DNA of 64,000 nucleotides from contig OZ244744.1 of NCBI GenBank assembly GCA_965219455.1, positions 4,576,001 through 4,640,000 of the forward strand. The letters run 5' to 3'. The notes beneath the pieces are model-generated. The model was not told where the DNA came from. It ran no database searches and worked only from the letters and a program-made list of their open reading frames with translations. How positions within the stretch are numbered: position 1 is the first letter of the stretch; each line of letters starts with the position of its first letter. The position numbers and the translations under genes are program-made. This DNA comes from Candidatus Latescibacterota bacterium (GTDB lineage Bacteria; Latescibacterota; UBA2968; GCA-2709665). Below are positions 29,723-38,825 of the stretch, one piece after another.

Positions 29723-30625
29723 GTGACGATGAATGACCAGTTCAGGCTAAACTGCGGGCTGTTACGCTTGTTTGACGAGTTTGACTTGGTTCCAGATGAG
29801 TTGGCGCCTGGCTTCCAATATGAACTCTCACATCCTGAACTCGAGCGTCTGCGCGAAGCATATAGACTTGATCAGGTTGCAGGAGGTGGAGACGAATGGT
29901 CCAGGGTCCTGAACCTAATGCAGTGGATGTCAGAAGGCGTATGCCACAGAGGCGACATTACCAAATCGTTGCCCGAAGTCTGTAAATCCCTGCCCATGAA
30001 CGCTTCGGAACTTCTCAGATATTCGTTCGGCAAAGGTAAGGACTATGGCATCAACTGCTACATGCTGTCTATCGTGCTGACAGAGGCCTGCCTATCTCTG
30101 GGATTGCAGAGCCGAATAGTGTCTCTGAATCCATTGAATCCATACGACTATGACAATCATTTGGTTACGGTGGTTTGGTGTACTTCTCGCTCGAAGTGGG
30201 TGATGGTCGACCCCTCGTACAATGCATATCTATGTGACTCTGAAGGACTGATCCTGAGCCCATGGGAGACCAGGGACCGACTATGCCGACACAAGACCAT
30301 CTTCTGCAACGACGAGCTGAGTTACAATGGAGCCAGGTACAACCCAGAAGACTATCTGACGTACATGGCGAAGAACTTGCTCTACATGCACTCCCCATGT
30401 TTTAACGGATTCGGAAGCGTTACTTCAGGTAAGACGTGGCTCACGCTGGCCCCGAAGCACCTGGACGTTTGCAAGCGAGAGACATACAACATGAAGTGGC
30501 GTGAGGAGGCCGAGAGCGGGAACTGGGAGTACGAAGAACTTCGTAGTAGTCTCGAGAAGCGAAGGCTGGCGGGAGGCCACGCGTACACGTCATCTGTCGC
30601 GTCTTTTGCGCAAGCGCCGAACTGA
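29723..30625 (+). CDS. Transglutaminase-like domain protein
   Basis: GINCYMLS, DNHLVTVVW, KWVMVDPSYN (Cys-His-Asp). Confidence 0.82.
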   Translation: MTMNDQFRLNCGLLRLFDEFDLVPDELAPGFQYELSHPELERLREAYRLDQVAGGGDEWSRVLNLMQWMSEGVCHRGDITKSLPEVCKSLPMNASELLRYSFGKGKDYGINCYMLSIVLTEACLSLGLQSRIVSLNPLNPYDYDNHLVTVVWCTSRSKWVMVDPSYNAYLCDSEGLILSPWETRDRLCRHKTIFCNDELSYNGARYNPEDYLTYMAKNLLYMHSPCFNGFGSVTSGKTWLTLAPKHLDVCKRETYNMKWREEAESGNWEYEELRSSLEKRRLAGGHAYTSSVASFAQAPN

Positions 30626-30669
30626 GCAATACACCGGCAGAGAATTGCCCGAGCGAAAATTCCCACTTT

Positions 30670-30763
30670 ATATATCACGTCCATTTGCGCTGCACGGCAT
30701 ACGGTGCCTGGCGCTTGCGCGCACCCCGCATGCACGGGGTCGCAAATGGTGAGGACTTTAGAG
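30670..30763 (+). repeat. attC-like site (left core ATC)
   Basis: ATATATCacgtccatttgcg...cgcaaatgg-tgaggac-TTTAGAG. Confidence 0.75.
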
Positions 30764-30800
30764 GCCATGCGAAGCAGGCCGATTAAAACGGAAGTTTCAG

Positions 30801-31379
30801 ATGAGGATTTCAGTCGTCAGCAGCAGTCTCAATGCCGATAGTCTCAGCAGGGTGCTTGCCGCCATGTGTCGGACCGCTCTGGAGGACATGGGCATTTCCG
30901 TTGATTTCATCGATCTTCGACAACTTGATCCACCGAATTTCGACGACGACGAGATCTATTCATCCGAGGTGTACCAATCGTGCCACAGGATCATTGCGGC
31001 ATCTGATGCGGTAATATTGGCCAGTCCGGTATACAACTGGGCGTGCTGCTCTGAGCTCAAGAAATTTGTCGAGTATATAGGCTCTACGCCACCAAACGGA
31101 TCGCTCAGAGGAGCATTCTATGACAAGGTCGTGATGTTTGTCAATTCGGGTGGCTTGCCGCACAGCTATATGGCGTTTGCGTCGCTGGCAACGTCCCTTA
31201 TGCTGGATTTCAAGTGCATTGTCAGCCCGTATAATGTGTATGCCCACGACGGTAATTGGACTGAGGGAGGCGAACTCGACGACGCAACTACGGCCAGGTT
31301 AAAGAAGTCACTTTCTGTACTGATTGAGCTTGCGGAGCGACTCAAGAGCCGATCATATGGGTCGAACTGGGAAATCTGA
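30801..31379 (+). CDS. NADPH-dependent FMN reductase
   Basis: SSSLNADSLS, SDAVILASPVYNW...ELKK. Confidence 0.88.
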   Translation: MRISVVSSSLNADSLSRVLAAMCRTALEDMGISVDFIDLRQLDPPNFDDDEIYSSEVYQSCHRIIAASDAVILASPVYNWACCSELKKFVEYIGSTPPNGSLRGAFYDKVVMFVNSGGLPHSYMAFASLATSLMLDFKCIVSPYNVYAHDGNWTEGGELDDATTARLKKSLSVLIELAERLKSRSYGSNWEI

Positions 31380-31391
31380 GTCGTGTACAGC

Positions 31392-31471
31392 CTATAACAC
31401 CGTGCCCCCGGCTTCGGGCTTACGCCCCTCGCGCAACCGCTTCGCGGTTCGGGGGCACGAAGACGTTACAC
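31392..31471 (+). repeat. attC-like site
   Basis: CTATAACaccgtgcccccg...cgggggcacgaagacGTTACAC. Confidence 0.9.
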
Positions 31472-31545
31472 GACATGGGAAGACTGCGGCCAGAGAGCGC
31501 GCGCCGCCATCCACAACATTTGACAATATCTCGTTCGGGGGCACA

Positions 31546-33384
31546 ATGTCTGATCATCGAATGAATTTCCTAATCAGAGAAATGACAAAAGAGTTTCGAA
31601 ACGTTTGTGCCAGCGTGGCAATGGTTGTCCGTACTGCCCCAAGTCAGACAGTGCGCCTGGTTGTCCTAACGCTAGGCCTCGGGTCAGGACCAGCTGCGAT
31701 CCTGTACATTCAGAAGATAGTCATTGATGAAGTCGTGGAGCACAAGGACTATTCAGTTGATGCATCTTTGTCAGTTGCTCTTATCGTGGGGATGATTGCC
31801 TTTGTTACATGCAATCTTCTGATGGACTCCATCGAGACGATTCAGGGATTCCGAGTGCAGATTTTTGGGCGGGTTGTTGAGGGCAGAATAAAGGAGAGGG
31901 TATATCATAAGGTCGCAACGTTTAACGATATAGCACTTTTTGAGACACCCGAGCTATTGAACGAACTCGAGCTTGCGCTTCGCGGAGTTGGTAGACTAAG
32001 GAGTCTTACCGCCGTAGTTGGGAATCTTTTGATCGGAACGTTCATGGTGATTCCTGTATTGGTTCTGTCAGCTTCGATCGAGTGGTGGGTTCCGATCGTG
32101 ATTTTCGGCCTGATGGTGCCGTCTGTTTGTGTTCAGCTCTATTACGAACAAAAGGCGTGGAACGTAGAGGCGCGACAAGCAAGTCTTCAAAGGCAGGTCG
32201 GGATCTTCGAAAGGATCCTGACTTCGAAGGAATTCGCAAAGGAGCTTCGGTTGTTCGGGATCCAGTCGTTGATCCTCGATCGTTGGAAGGATAAGTTCTG
32301 GTCTGTCTTCAGAGAAAGCTACGAGGTGACGAGGCGTGGAACTTATCAGATTCTATTTTGGTCGCTACTCAGCGTTGTCGGAGTCGGTGCGCCGTTCGTG
32401 TACGTTGTTCTCGCAGTCTTGGATGGGCGTTTTTCGGTCGGCGATTTAGCCCTCTACGTTGGTCTTGTGTACCAGGTACAGCGCAGCATCTTCATCCTGG
32501 TCGACAATACGTCCAGGCTTCGGACTGTTGGGTTAGCTATCGGGCCTATCTTTCGCATTCTCAATCTTGAACCGGAACTGAAGGATCAAGGCGGAGAAAT
32601 CGTTGAACGAGATGAAACAGCCATTGACATTGACGGACTGTCCTTCTCGTATCCCGGTGAGACTCGTCTTGTACTGAAAGACATTAATCTGAGACTGCGA
32701 GCCGGGGAGACAGTTGCAATTGTTGGAGAGAACGGAGCAGGAAAAACCACGCTTGTAAAGTTGCTATGTCGGCTCTTCGACCCTGTGAAGGGATCAATTT
32801 CCTGGAATGGTATGGATATCAGGGAAATTGGCTTAGCGGATCTAAGACGAAGAATCGGTACGGTGATGCAGGACTTCGCACGGTTTCCGCTTTCGGGGGC
32901 AGAGAACATTGGCATCGGGTCAATTGACAACCTGTGTGATAGGGATGCTATTGAAGCCGCAGCCACCGGTGCCGGACTTCGTGAGGTCCTTAAGACGCGG
33001 CCAGGATTTATGGACAAGCACTTAACAAGGGAACTCGATGACGGTATTGAACTATCTGGGGGGGAGTGGCAGCGGGTAGCACTTGCTCGAGCCTTCATGA
33101 GGCTGTCGCGATGCAGCCTGGTAATCCTGGACGAGCCTACTGCGGCCCTGGATCCGAAAACGGAGTATGAAATACACTCCGTTCTGGCAGACATTGCTAA
33201 GGACAAAACTTCCGTGATTATTACACATCGGCTTTCCCTCGCTCGAATTTCTGACAGGATCGTTGTTCTTGAAGATGGTAGAGTCGTGGAGGAGGGCACG
33301 CATGAGGAGTTGATGTCGATCAAGGGCGTGTATTCATCAATGTTCATGCGGCAAGCCATTCGTTACACGGATAATCTGGCATAG
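31546..33384 (+). CDS. ABC exporter, fused permease/ATPase (peptide-exporter type)
   Basis: TM helices, AKELRLF, GENGAGKT, LSGGEWQR, ILDEPT. Confidence 0.92.
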   Translation: MSDHRMNFLIREMTKEFRNVCASVAMVVRTAPSQTVRLVVLTLGLGSGPAAILYIQKIVIDEVVEHKDYSVDASLSVALIVGMIAFVTCNLLMDSIETIQGFRVQIFGRVVEGRIKERVYHKVATFNDIALFETPELLNELELALRGVGRLRSLTAVVGNLLIGTFMVIPVLVLSASIEWWVPIVIFGLMVPSVCVQLYYEQKAWNVEARQASLQRQVGIFERILTSKEFAKELRLFGIQSLILDRWKDKFWSVFRESYEVTRRGTYQILFWSLLSVVGVGAPFVYVVLAVLDGRFSVGDLALYVGLVYQVQRSIFILVDNTSRLRTVGLAIGPIFRILNLEPELKDQGGEIVERDETAIDIDGLSFSYPGETRLVLKDINLRLRAGETVAIVGENGAGKTTLVKLLCRLFDPVKGSISWNGMDIREIGLADLRRRIGTVMQDFARFPLSGAENIGIGSIDNLCDRDAIEAAATGAGLREVLKTRPGFMDKHLTRELDDGIELSGGEWQRVALARAFMRLSRCSLVILDEPTAALDPKTEYEIHSVLADIAKDKTSVIITHRLSLARISDRIVVLEDGRVVEEGTHEELMSIKGVYSSMFMRQAIRYTDNLA

Positions 33385-33443
33385 TTATGAGTATAGCAAG
33401 CTCATCGAAATGACGTACTCGATTTTGATAAAGGGGACATGAA

Positions 33444-33605
33444 ATGAAGACGTATGGACGATGTCACGATCAATTTGTTTCTCAAGAATTTGGAAGCGAA
33501 GGGTTGCTGCTCAGTCTTCAAACGGGGCAATATTTCTCACTGAATCACACTGCTATTGCAGGCACCCAGTTCACGGAGTTTCCACGACCGATTACAGTGG
33601 GTTAA
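33444..33605 (+). pseudogene. PqqD/RRE-like N-terminal fragment
   Basis: VSQEFGSEGLLLSLQTGQYFSLNHTA, then runs into the attC. Confidence 0.55.
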
Positions 33606-33679
33606 TGCTGCGCCGCCTTCAGGCGGCTTGGCCTTCGCCAACCGGCTAAGCCGGTTCACAAACCCACAAAACGTTACCT
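33589..33679 (+). repeat. attC-like site
   Basis: CGATTACagtgggtt...aaccggctaagccggtt...aacccacaaaacGTTACCT. Confidence 0.75.
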
Positions 33680-33719
33680 GCAATGCGCCGCTACGGCCGG
33701 TTCCGGGCCGAGAAAACCA

Positions 33720-34697
33720 ATGGAATCCCGCTATCCCAGATCTAGAGACGAAACGGGCCCACTGCCTGATCAGCCGGAGATCACGGAACTCTGCAAGCGA
33801 TTCTGGGGTCTGGAAGTAACAAACGTCCGCAGGGCGAATTCACGGTGCGTCTTCTTTTGCGACAGTTTGCGGGACGGACTCGTTGTGTTCCGCGTGAATC
33901 CGGGATGGGACGGTTCGACCCATCCCAAAACCATTGTGGAATTCGTTCGACACCTTGCCGATCGCGGCGCGCCGTGCCCTGATATCCGTCCAACCACGGA
34001 TGGCAGCCCCTGCAAATCCGTTCGAGACCTCGTGATTTCGGTCGAGAGCTTCCTGGAAGGAGAGGTTGTAGACCGCGTCGATACGCTCCGCAACGTGGGG
34101 GAGGCTCTCGCACGGGTTCACGATGCGAGCGAAGACTTTCCGATCTACAGTTCAGAAGTCAAAGATGCGCGGCTGTACATCTCGGATGCTCTCGAGTATT
34201 GCGAGAGGACGAGGTTCTCCTCGAACGCGGCAGATGCAGTCACTCGGCTTCGAGCACAGTTGAAATACACACCGAACAAGATGAACGTTCGTTGGCTCTT
34301 CTGTCGTGGAGATGTGCGAAGTTGGAACACGATTGCTTCCCCGTCAGGTGAGGTCCGATTCACCGACTTTAATTCTGCTCACTTCGCTCCGGCGCTTGTG
34401 GATGTGGTGATGGTCCGGATGCAATGGCTGATGGGGACCGTGGGTCGACAGCTTACAGACGAGGAAATGCAGCGGTTCGTGGAGGGGTACTTCTCAGTCC
34501 GGCCTCCCTCAGATGATGAACGTACCGCACTCCCGCTTATCTTCGCGGCCTACTATGCCAGGCGCCTCTGCCAGCTCCACCGGAAATGGGGTCCGAGGTC
34601 GCCTAATCGGAAAACCTGGAAACTGGAAGACCGAATTCTCGCTCTCCCGCATGCGGCGATTCGTATGGGCGAGGCTGCAATCGAAGGCATAGATTGA
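33720..34697 (+). CDS. Phosphotransferase (APH/homoserine kinase type II-like)
   Basis: GEALARVH, RGDVRSWN, TDFN. Confidence 0.78.
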   Translation: MESRYPRSRDETGPLPDQPEITELCKRFWGLEVTNVRRANSRCVFFCDSLRDGLVVFRVNPGWDGSTHPKTIVEFVRHLADRGAPCPDIRPTTDGSPCKSVRDLVISVESFLEGEVVDRVDTLRNVGEALARVHDASEDFPIYSSEVKDARLYISDALEYCERTRFSSNAADAVTRLRAQLKYTPNKMNVRWLFCRGDVRSWNTIASPSGEVRFTDFNSAHFAPALVDVVMVRMQWLMGTVGRQLTDEEMQRFVEGYFSVRPPSDDERTALPLIFAAYYARRLCQLHRKWGPRSPNRKTWKLEDRILALPHAAIRMGEAAIEGID

Positions 34698-34797
34698 AAG
34701 GCAAGAATCAGGCAACCCGATGCTCGCCGACCCCCGAGGCCCGAATTCATCGCGCGCAAAGAACAGAACCATTCCAAACCAAAATGTGAGGTAACAA

Positions 34798-35754
34798 GTG
34801 GCGGCATCCCAAGTGATTGAGCTTGCGGAATTTCGGCGAAAGCTAAGCGCAATTCTACCGGAAAATTGTAGACCTTTTGTGTGTCAAGGGTCACCTTACG
34901 ACTGCAAGGTTTTTGTCGTAGGTCTAAATCCCGCCACCCCAATGAAGGATGTCTTCTGGCAGTATTGGAGTGATTCTACAGGTTTTGACAAAGATTCCTG
35001 GTTCGAAGCCTACAAGATTGAAAGGAAGAGTCGCCCCCTTAAACCAGGAAAGAAGAGCCGTCGTGATGTTGGCACTACTCGGCGCAATTTGAACAAACTC
35101 GCTGATTTAATTGGTACTGACGAAATATTGGAGACGAATATCTATTCGAAGCCAACCGAACATTACACTGAACTTCGGGCTGAGGAGAAGGATACGGTAG
35201 TTTTCGAGTTCCTTATGACTGAAATCAAGCCAAAGTTAATCATTTCGCACGGAAAAGATCCTGCGAGATATTTCGATCGTAAAGTTCGAGAGTTTGGCGA
35301 TTTTGAGATAGAAACGGTCATCAAAAAGGGCAATAGCTATGATATCATGAGTGTGCCACACTTATCAATAGGCTGGTCAACTAAAAAATTGGCAGTATTG
35401 GCTGATATCATATACAATAATATCCGAACTGCGAAGGGCAGCGTTTCCGCGAATTCAATTGTCGAACGTAACCAAGAACCTGTGGGCTTAAACAGCCGCG
35501 ACGTCCTAGATTTTCCCGATTGTTTAGAATACGTCAATGAGAATGGTCATGCGAATTCTATTGCTGCGATCCATAGGAGTAAAGCCAATTTGGATCCAAG
35601 CATATCAATTGAGTATTGGTGGGGCAACGCTGAAACGCCATCAGAGCGCGCAAGATGTATTCGTGGAGCGATTCGTAGAATCTCTGCTGAGCTATTGAAA
35701 GAGGGAAGATGCTCCAAGAATTTCAACGCAACATATCGAGTCGTATCTGGATAA
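34798..35754 (+). CDS. Uracil-DNA glycosylase-like domain protein with C-terminal extension
   Basis: VFVVGLNPA, LETNI, IKPKLIISHG, VPHLS. Confidence 0.6.
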   Translation: MAASQVIELAEFRRKLSAILPENCRPFVCQGSPYDCKVFVVGLNPATPMKDVFWQYWSDSTGFDKDSWFEAYKIERKSRPLKPGKKSRRDVGTTRRNLNKLADLIGTDEILETNIYSKPTEHYTELRAEEKDTVVFEFLMTEIKPKLIISHGKDPARYFDRKVREFGDFEIETVIKKGNSYDIMSVPHLSIGWSTKKLAVLADIIYNNIRTAKGSVSANSIVERNQEPVGLNSRDVLDFPDCLEYVNENGHANSIAAIHRSKANLDPSISIEYWWGNAETPSERARCIRGAIRRISAELLKEGRCSKNFNATYRVVSG

Positions 35755-35839
35755 TTTCAGAGCGAGACAAAATTCCAATGGTGTGCGTTGTAGGTCAGCC
35801 ACTCTAAGGCTTCGCTCTTGATTGGCGCGCGCTGCCATC

Positions 35840-35930
35840 ATTTGACACCGCGTCTGCGCTTCAGTCGCTACGCTCCATCGGCCATTCGGCAACCCGCTTC
35901 GTGGGTTCGCAAGTGAACAGAACGTTATCC
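35840..35930 (+). repeat. attC-like site
   Basis: ATTTGAC...ggccattcggcaacccgcttcgtgggttcgc...GTTATCC. Confidence 0.75.
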
Positions 35931-35933
35931 AAC

Positions 35934-36707
35934 ATGAAAACGCACAGATTTAGTGGTCTTTTCTTTGACCTTTACGGTACAATCCTTGTTTACGGGGACA
36001 TGATAATGGCCTGGGAAGATTGGTTTGACTCCATCCGTGAGTCAATGAAGGAATTTGGAGTGAATGTCGAGAAAGACTGCCTTCGAAAAATCTGCACTGG
36101 ATTTTTCAGCAAACCGGAACCCCCTATGGATGGCGTCAAAGGCCTAACGCCGTATGAGCGACGTATTGGGGCTTTGGGAGACCAGCTTGGAGTCGAATTT
36201 ACAGCGCGAGAGATGTCAGACATTTCGGAAAGGAGTGTACACTCTTGGTCACGACACACCTTTCCCGATCCTCAAGCCCAAAGCCTACTGAACGATTTGA
36301 GGGGCTCGCATCGAATGGCCCTAATCACGAATTTCGATCATCCACCCCATGTACATTCTCGCCTCGCGGAACTGGGACTCAGACAGTATTTCGATGCTGT
36401 TGTTGTATCGGGAGAGGTAGGTTCAAAAAAACCCGATCCAGGGATCTTCACCCTGGCGCTGGACAAGATTGGAATGGCAGCAGAGGACGTTGCGTTCATT
36501 GGCGATTCTATTGAGGACGACATCGGAGGGGCTAAAGCAATTGGAATGACTCCAATTCTGATTGATAGAAAAGGCAGGGGCACCGAGCCGGCCGCCCGAG
36601 ATTTCGGCAGCGAGAATTCTGATAATGAGCCAGGTTCCAGCACAGCATGTATAGATGGCGTACAGATTATTTCGTCGTTAGGTGCGCTTCGAAACATACT
36701 CATATAG
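35934..36707 (+). CDS. HAD-family hydrolase
   Basis: FFDLYGT, ITN, KKPDP, FIGDS..DD. Confidence 0.92.
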   Translation: MKTHRFSGLFFDLYGTILVYGDMIMAWEDWFDSIRESMKEFGVNVEKDCLRKICTGFFSKPEPPMDGVKGLTPYERRIGALGDQLGVEFTAREMSDISERSVHSWSRHTFPDPQAQSLLNDLRGSHRMALITNFDHPPHVHSRLAELGLRQYFDAVVVSGEVGSKKPDPGIFTLALDKIGMAAEDVAFIGDSIEDDIGGAKAIGMTPILIDRKGRGTEPAARDFGSENSDNEPGSSTACIDGVQIISSLGALRNILI

Positions 36708-36721
36708 TTTGTTTTCACGTC

Positions 36722-36797
36722 GGATAACAGCGCGGATTGCGCTGTGGCGCCTTCGGCAACCCCCTGCGCGGGTTCGCAAACCGGCGAAACGTTATGA
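36722..36797 (+). repeat. attC-like site
   Basis: GGATAAC...ccttcggcaacc...ggttcgcaaaccggcgaaacGTTATGA. Confidence 0.85.
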
Positions 36798-36800
36798 GAA

Positions 36801-37565
36801 ATGCCAAAGCAATACTATTGCTTGCCGACAGGGGGTCTCCAGCCCGTGAATAACCAGCCAAACCGCTCACCGATTAGTTGGGACGAGGCGTTCGCACACC
36901 GCTACGTCGAATGGTCCGCTCATATGACCGCGGATGTTGCTTTCTACGTTGAAATTGCGCGCAGGACTGACGGAGCCCTCGTCGAGCTTGCCGTTGGGAA
37001 CGGCCGTGTTGCCATCCCTGTAGCACAGGCGACAGGCCGGAGAGTGATCGGCATTGATTCCTCGCCCATAATGCTCGAACAAGCAAGCGCCCATGCGGCC
37101 GAAGCCGGCGTAGAACTAGACCTGCGAGAGGGCGACATGCGTGACCTGACGCTCGATGAGCCGGCGGCGCTGATCTACTGTCCATTCCGGGCGCTCCTGC
37201 ACCTGCCCACGTGGGACGACCGCCGGCGCACCTTCGAACGGGTCGCCGCGGCGCTGCGGCCAAACGGACGATTCGCTTGGAACGCTTTCGCCTTCGATCA
37301 CCGAATCGCTGCGCGGCTGGATGGCGAACATCAGGACAAGCCCGTCCCGCATATGATCCGTTACGCGGTAGGCGAGAACAGGATCGACATTACGCTCGAC
37401 GACGGCGGGAAGAGCTCCGTCTGGTGGGCAACCAAGAATGAATGGCTCGCGCTCGTCGATGTCGCGGGCCTTCAGGTGGAGGCGCTTTACGGCGGCTTTG
37501 CCCGCGAACCTTTCGGGGACGACAGCACGGAATACGTGTTCCTCGCAACCCCCAGGCCACCTTAG
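36801..37565 (+). CDS. Class I SAM-dependent methyltransferase
   Basis: ELAVGNGRV, GIDSS, GDMR; start may be GTG 36846. Confidence 0.88.
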   Translation: MPKQYYCLPTGGLQPVNNQPNRSPISWDEAFAHRYVEWSAHMTADVAFYVEIARRTDGALVELAVGNGRVAIPVAQATGRRVIGIDSSPIMLEQASAHAAEAGVELDLREGDMRDLTLDEPAALIYCPFRALLHLPTWDDRRRTFERVAAALRPNGRFAWNAFAFDHRIAARLDGEHQDKPVPHMIRYAVGENRIDITLDDGGKSSVWWATKNEWLALVDVAGLQVEALYGGFAREPFGDDSTEYVFLATPRPP

Positions 37566-37725
37566 CAGCCCGTTGAAAAAGTCCATCCGGGCTGCGTCCG
37601 GCCCTTGTGGCCGAATTACTGCGTTGCGCTCCCTCCCCGAATCCCCCGATTCGACGCGGTCGCGCGCCTTGTCTTCGGCCACAATGACTCGGCCTCGCCT
37701 GCAGAGCGACTTTATCAACGGACTG
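37566..37725. mobile_element. MITE (IS5-like ends) with TTAG duplication
   Basis: cagcccgttgaaaaagtc / gactttatcaacggactg flanked by TTAG. Confidence 0.8.
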
Positions 37726-38160
37726 TTAGCGGGCGAAGGGAACCTGAGTGGGCGACACAACTAGCTAGTGAACCGGTCGCCTACGGCATGCATACTACGC
37801 CGTATACATGTCCGCGCAGGCGTGGTTTGCGGCGATGCGACCAGGTGAAATAGTTGACAATCACACAGGCTTATTAAACCTGCTGTCCAATCAGATTCAC
37901 CAGCGTTCCCTGTTTCCAATGCAATGGAATGTGTCGTGTAAAGGCTGTTCAGAACTTTCTTCGATTTCGTTTTTGGGCCATCCCGAAACGGCTCGAATTG
38001 ACGACAGAGTGGAACCCCTATCACGACCCAGCTTAGAATAATTTTGGCCGCGGTTCGGTATGTTGCTATTTGCAACGAGGGATCGGCGTCTAAAGCGAAA
38101 TATTGACGAGTGGAAGAGGCAGCGCAATAGCACACGACTTAGGTGTTCTGACTAATTTCA

Positions 38161-38601
38161 ATGAAAACCCGTCACAGAGCCTACGCCTATATAACCAGCG
38201 GGAGCCGGCTGCTCGTGTTTACGCAACCGGGGGCGCCTGAAGCCGGAATTCAGGTTCCAGCGGGAACGATAGAGCCAGGTGAGAATCCTCGGGATGCGGT
38301 GATGCGAGAAGCAAGAGAGGAGACGGGTTTAGCCGAGCTCAGATGTGAACGGTTCCTGGCCCGGGATACCCGGGACATGCGGGATTGCGGGAGCGATGAA
38401 CTACAGTATCGCTGGTTTTTCCATTTGTCTGTGGAAGGACCAACAGAAGAAACCTGGCGTCATGGAGAATATTCTGAGGAAGGATCTCTCCTCCATCCGT
38501 TCGATTTCTTCTGGGCGGATGTCAGGGCACTTCCCAAGCTCGTTGCCAATTACGACGACAAGATTGACTTACTGGTAGAGTCAATGGACGCTGGCAATTA
38601 G
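38161..38601 (+). CDS. NUDIX hydrolase, copy 1
   Basis: GTIEPGENPRDAVMREAREETGL Nudix box. Confidence 0.92.
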   Translation: MKTRHRAYAYITSGSRLLVFTQPGAPEAGIQVPAGTIEPGENPRDAVMREAREETGLAELRCERFLARDTRDMRDCGSDELQYRWFFHLSVEGPTEETWRHGEYSEEGSLLHPFDFFWADVRALPKLVANYDDKIDLLVESMDAGN

Positions 38602-38611
38602 CGCAATCGTC

Positions 38612-38724
38612 CTATAACAGCCCGGTTTGCGCTGCGTCGCGGAGTTTATCCTGAGCTTGTCGAATGGCGCCCTGGCCTTCGTCAACCAGGCTGCGCCAGG
38701 TTCGGCAACTGCAAAACGTAAAGT
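38612..38724 (+). repeat. attC-like site with REP-like unit
   Basis: CTATAAC...cctgagcttgtcgaatgg...aaaacGTAAAGT. Confidence 0.78.
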
Positions 38725-38825
38725 GCCATGCCGGGGACGAAGTAAGGCAGCCTTCTAAGACCAGGTCATCCCGGATCTGTCGAAGTTCCGACACACGCAC
38801 TGGCAAAACATATAGGGTTTATGAA

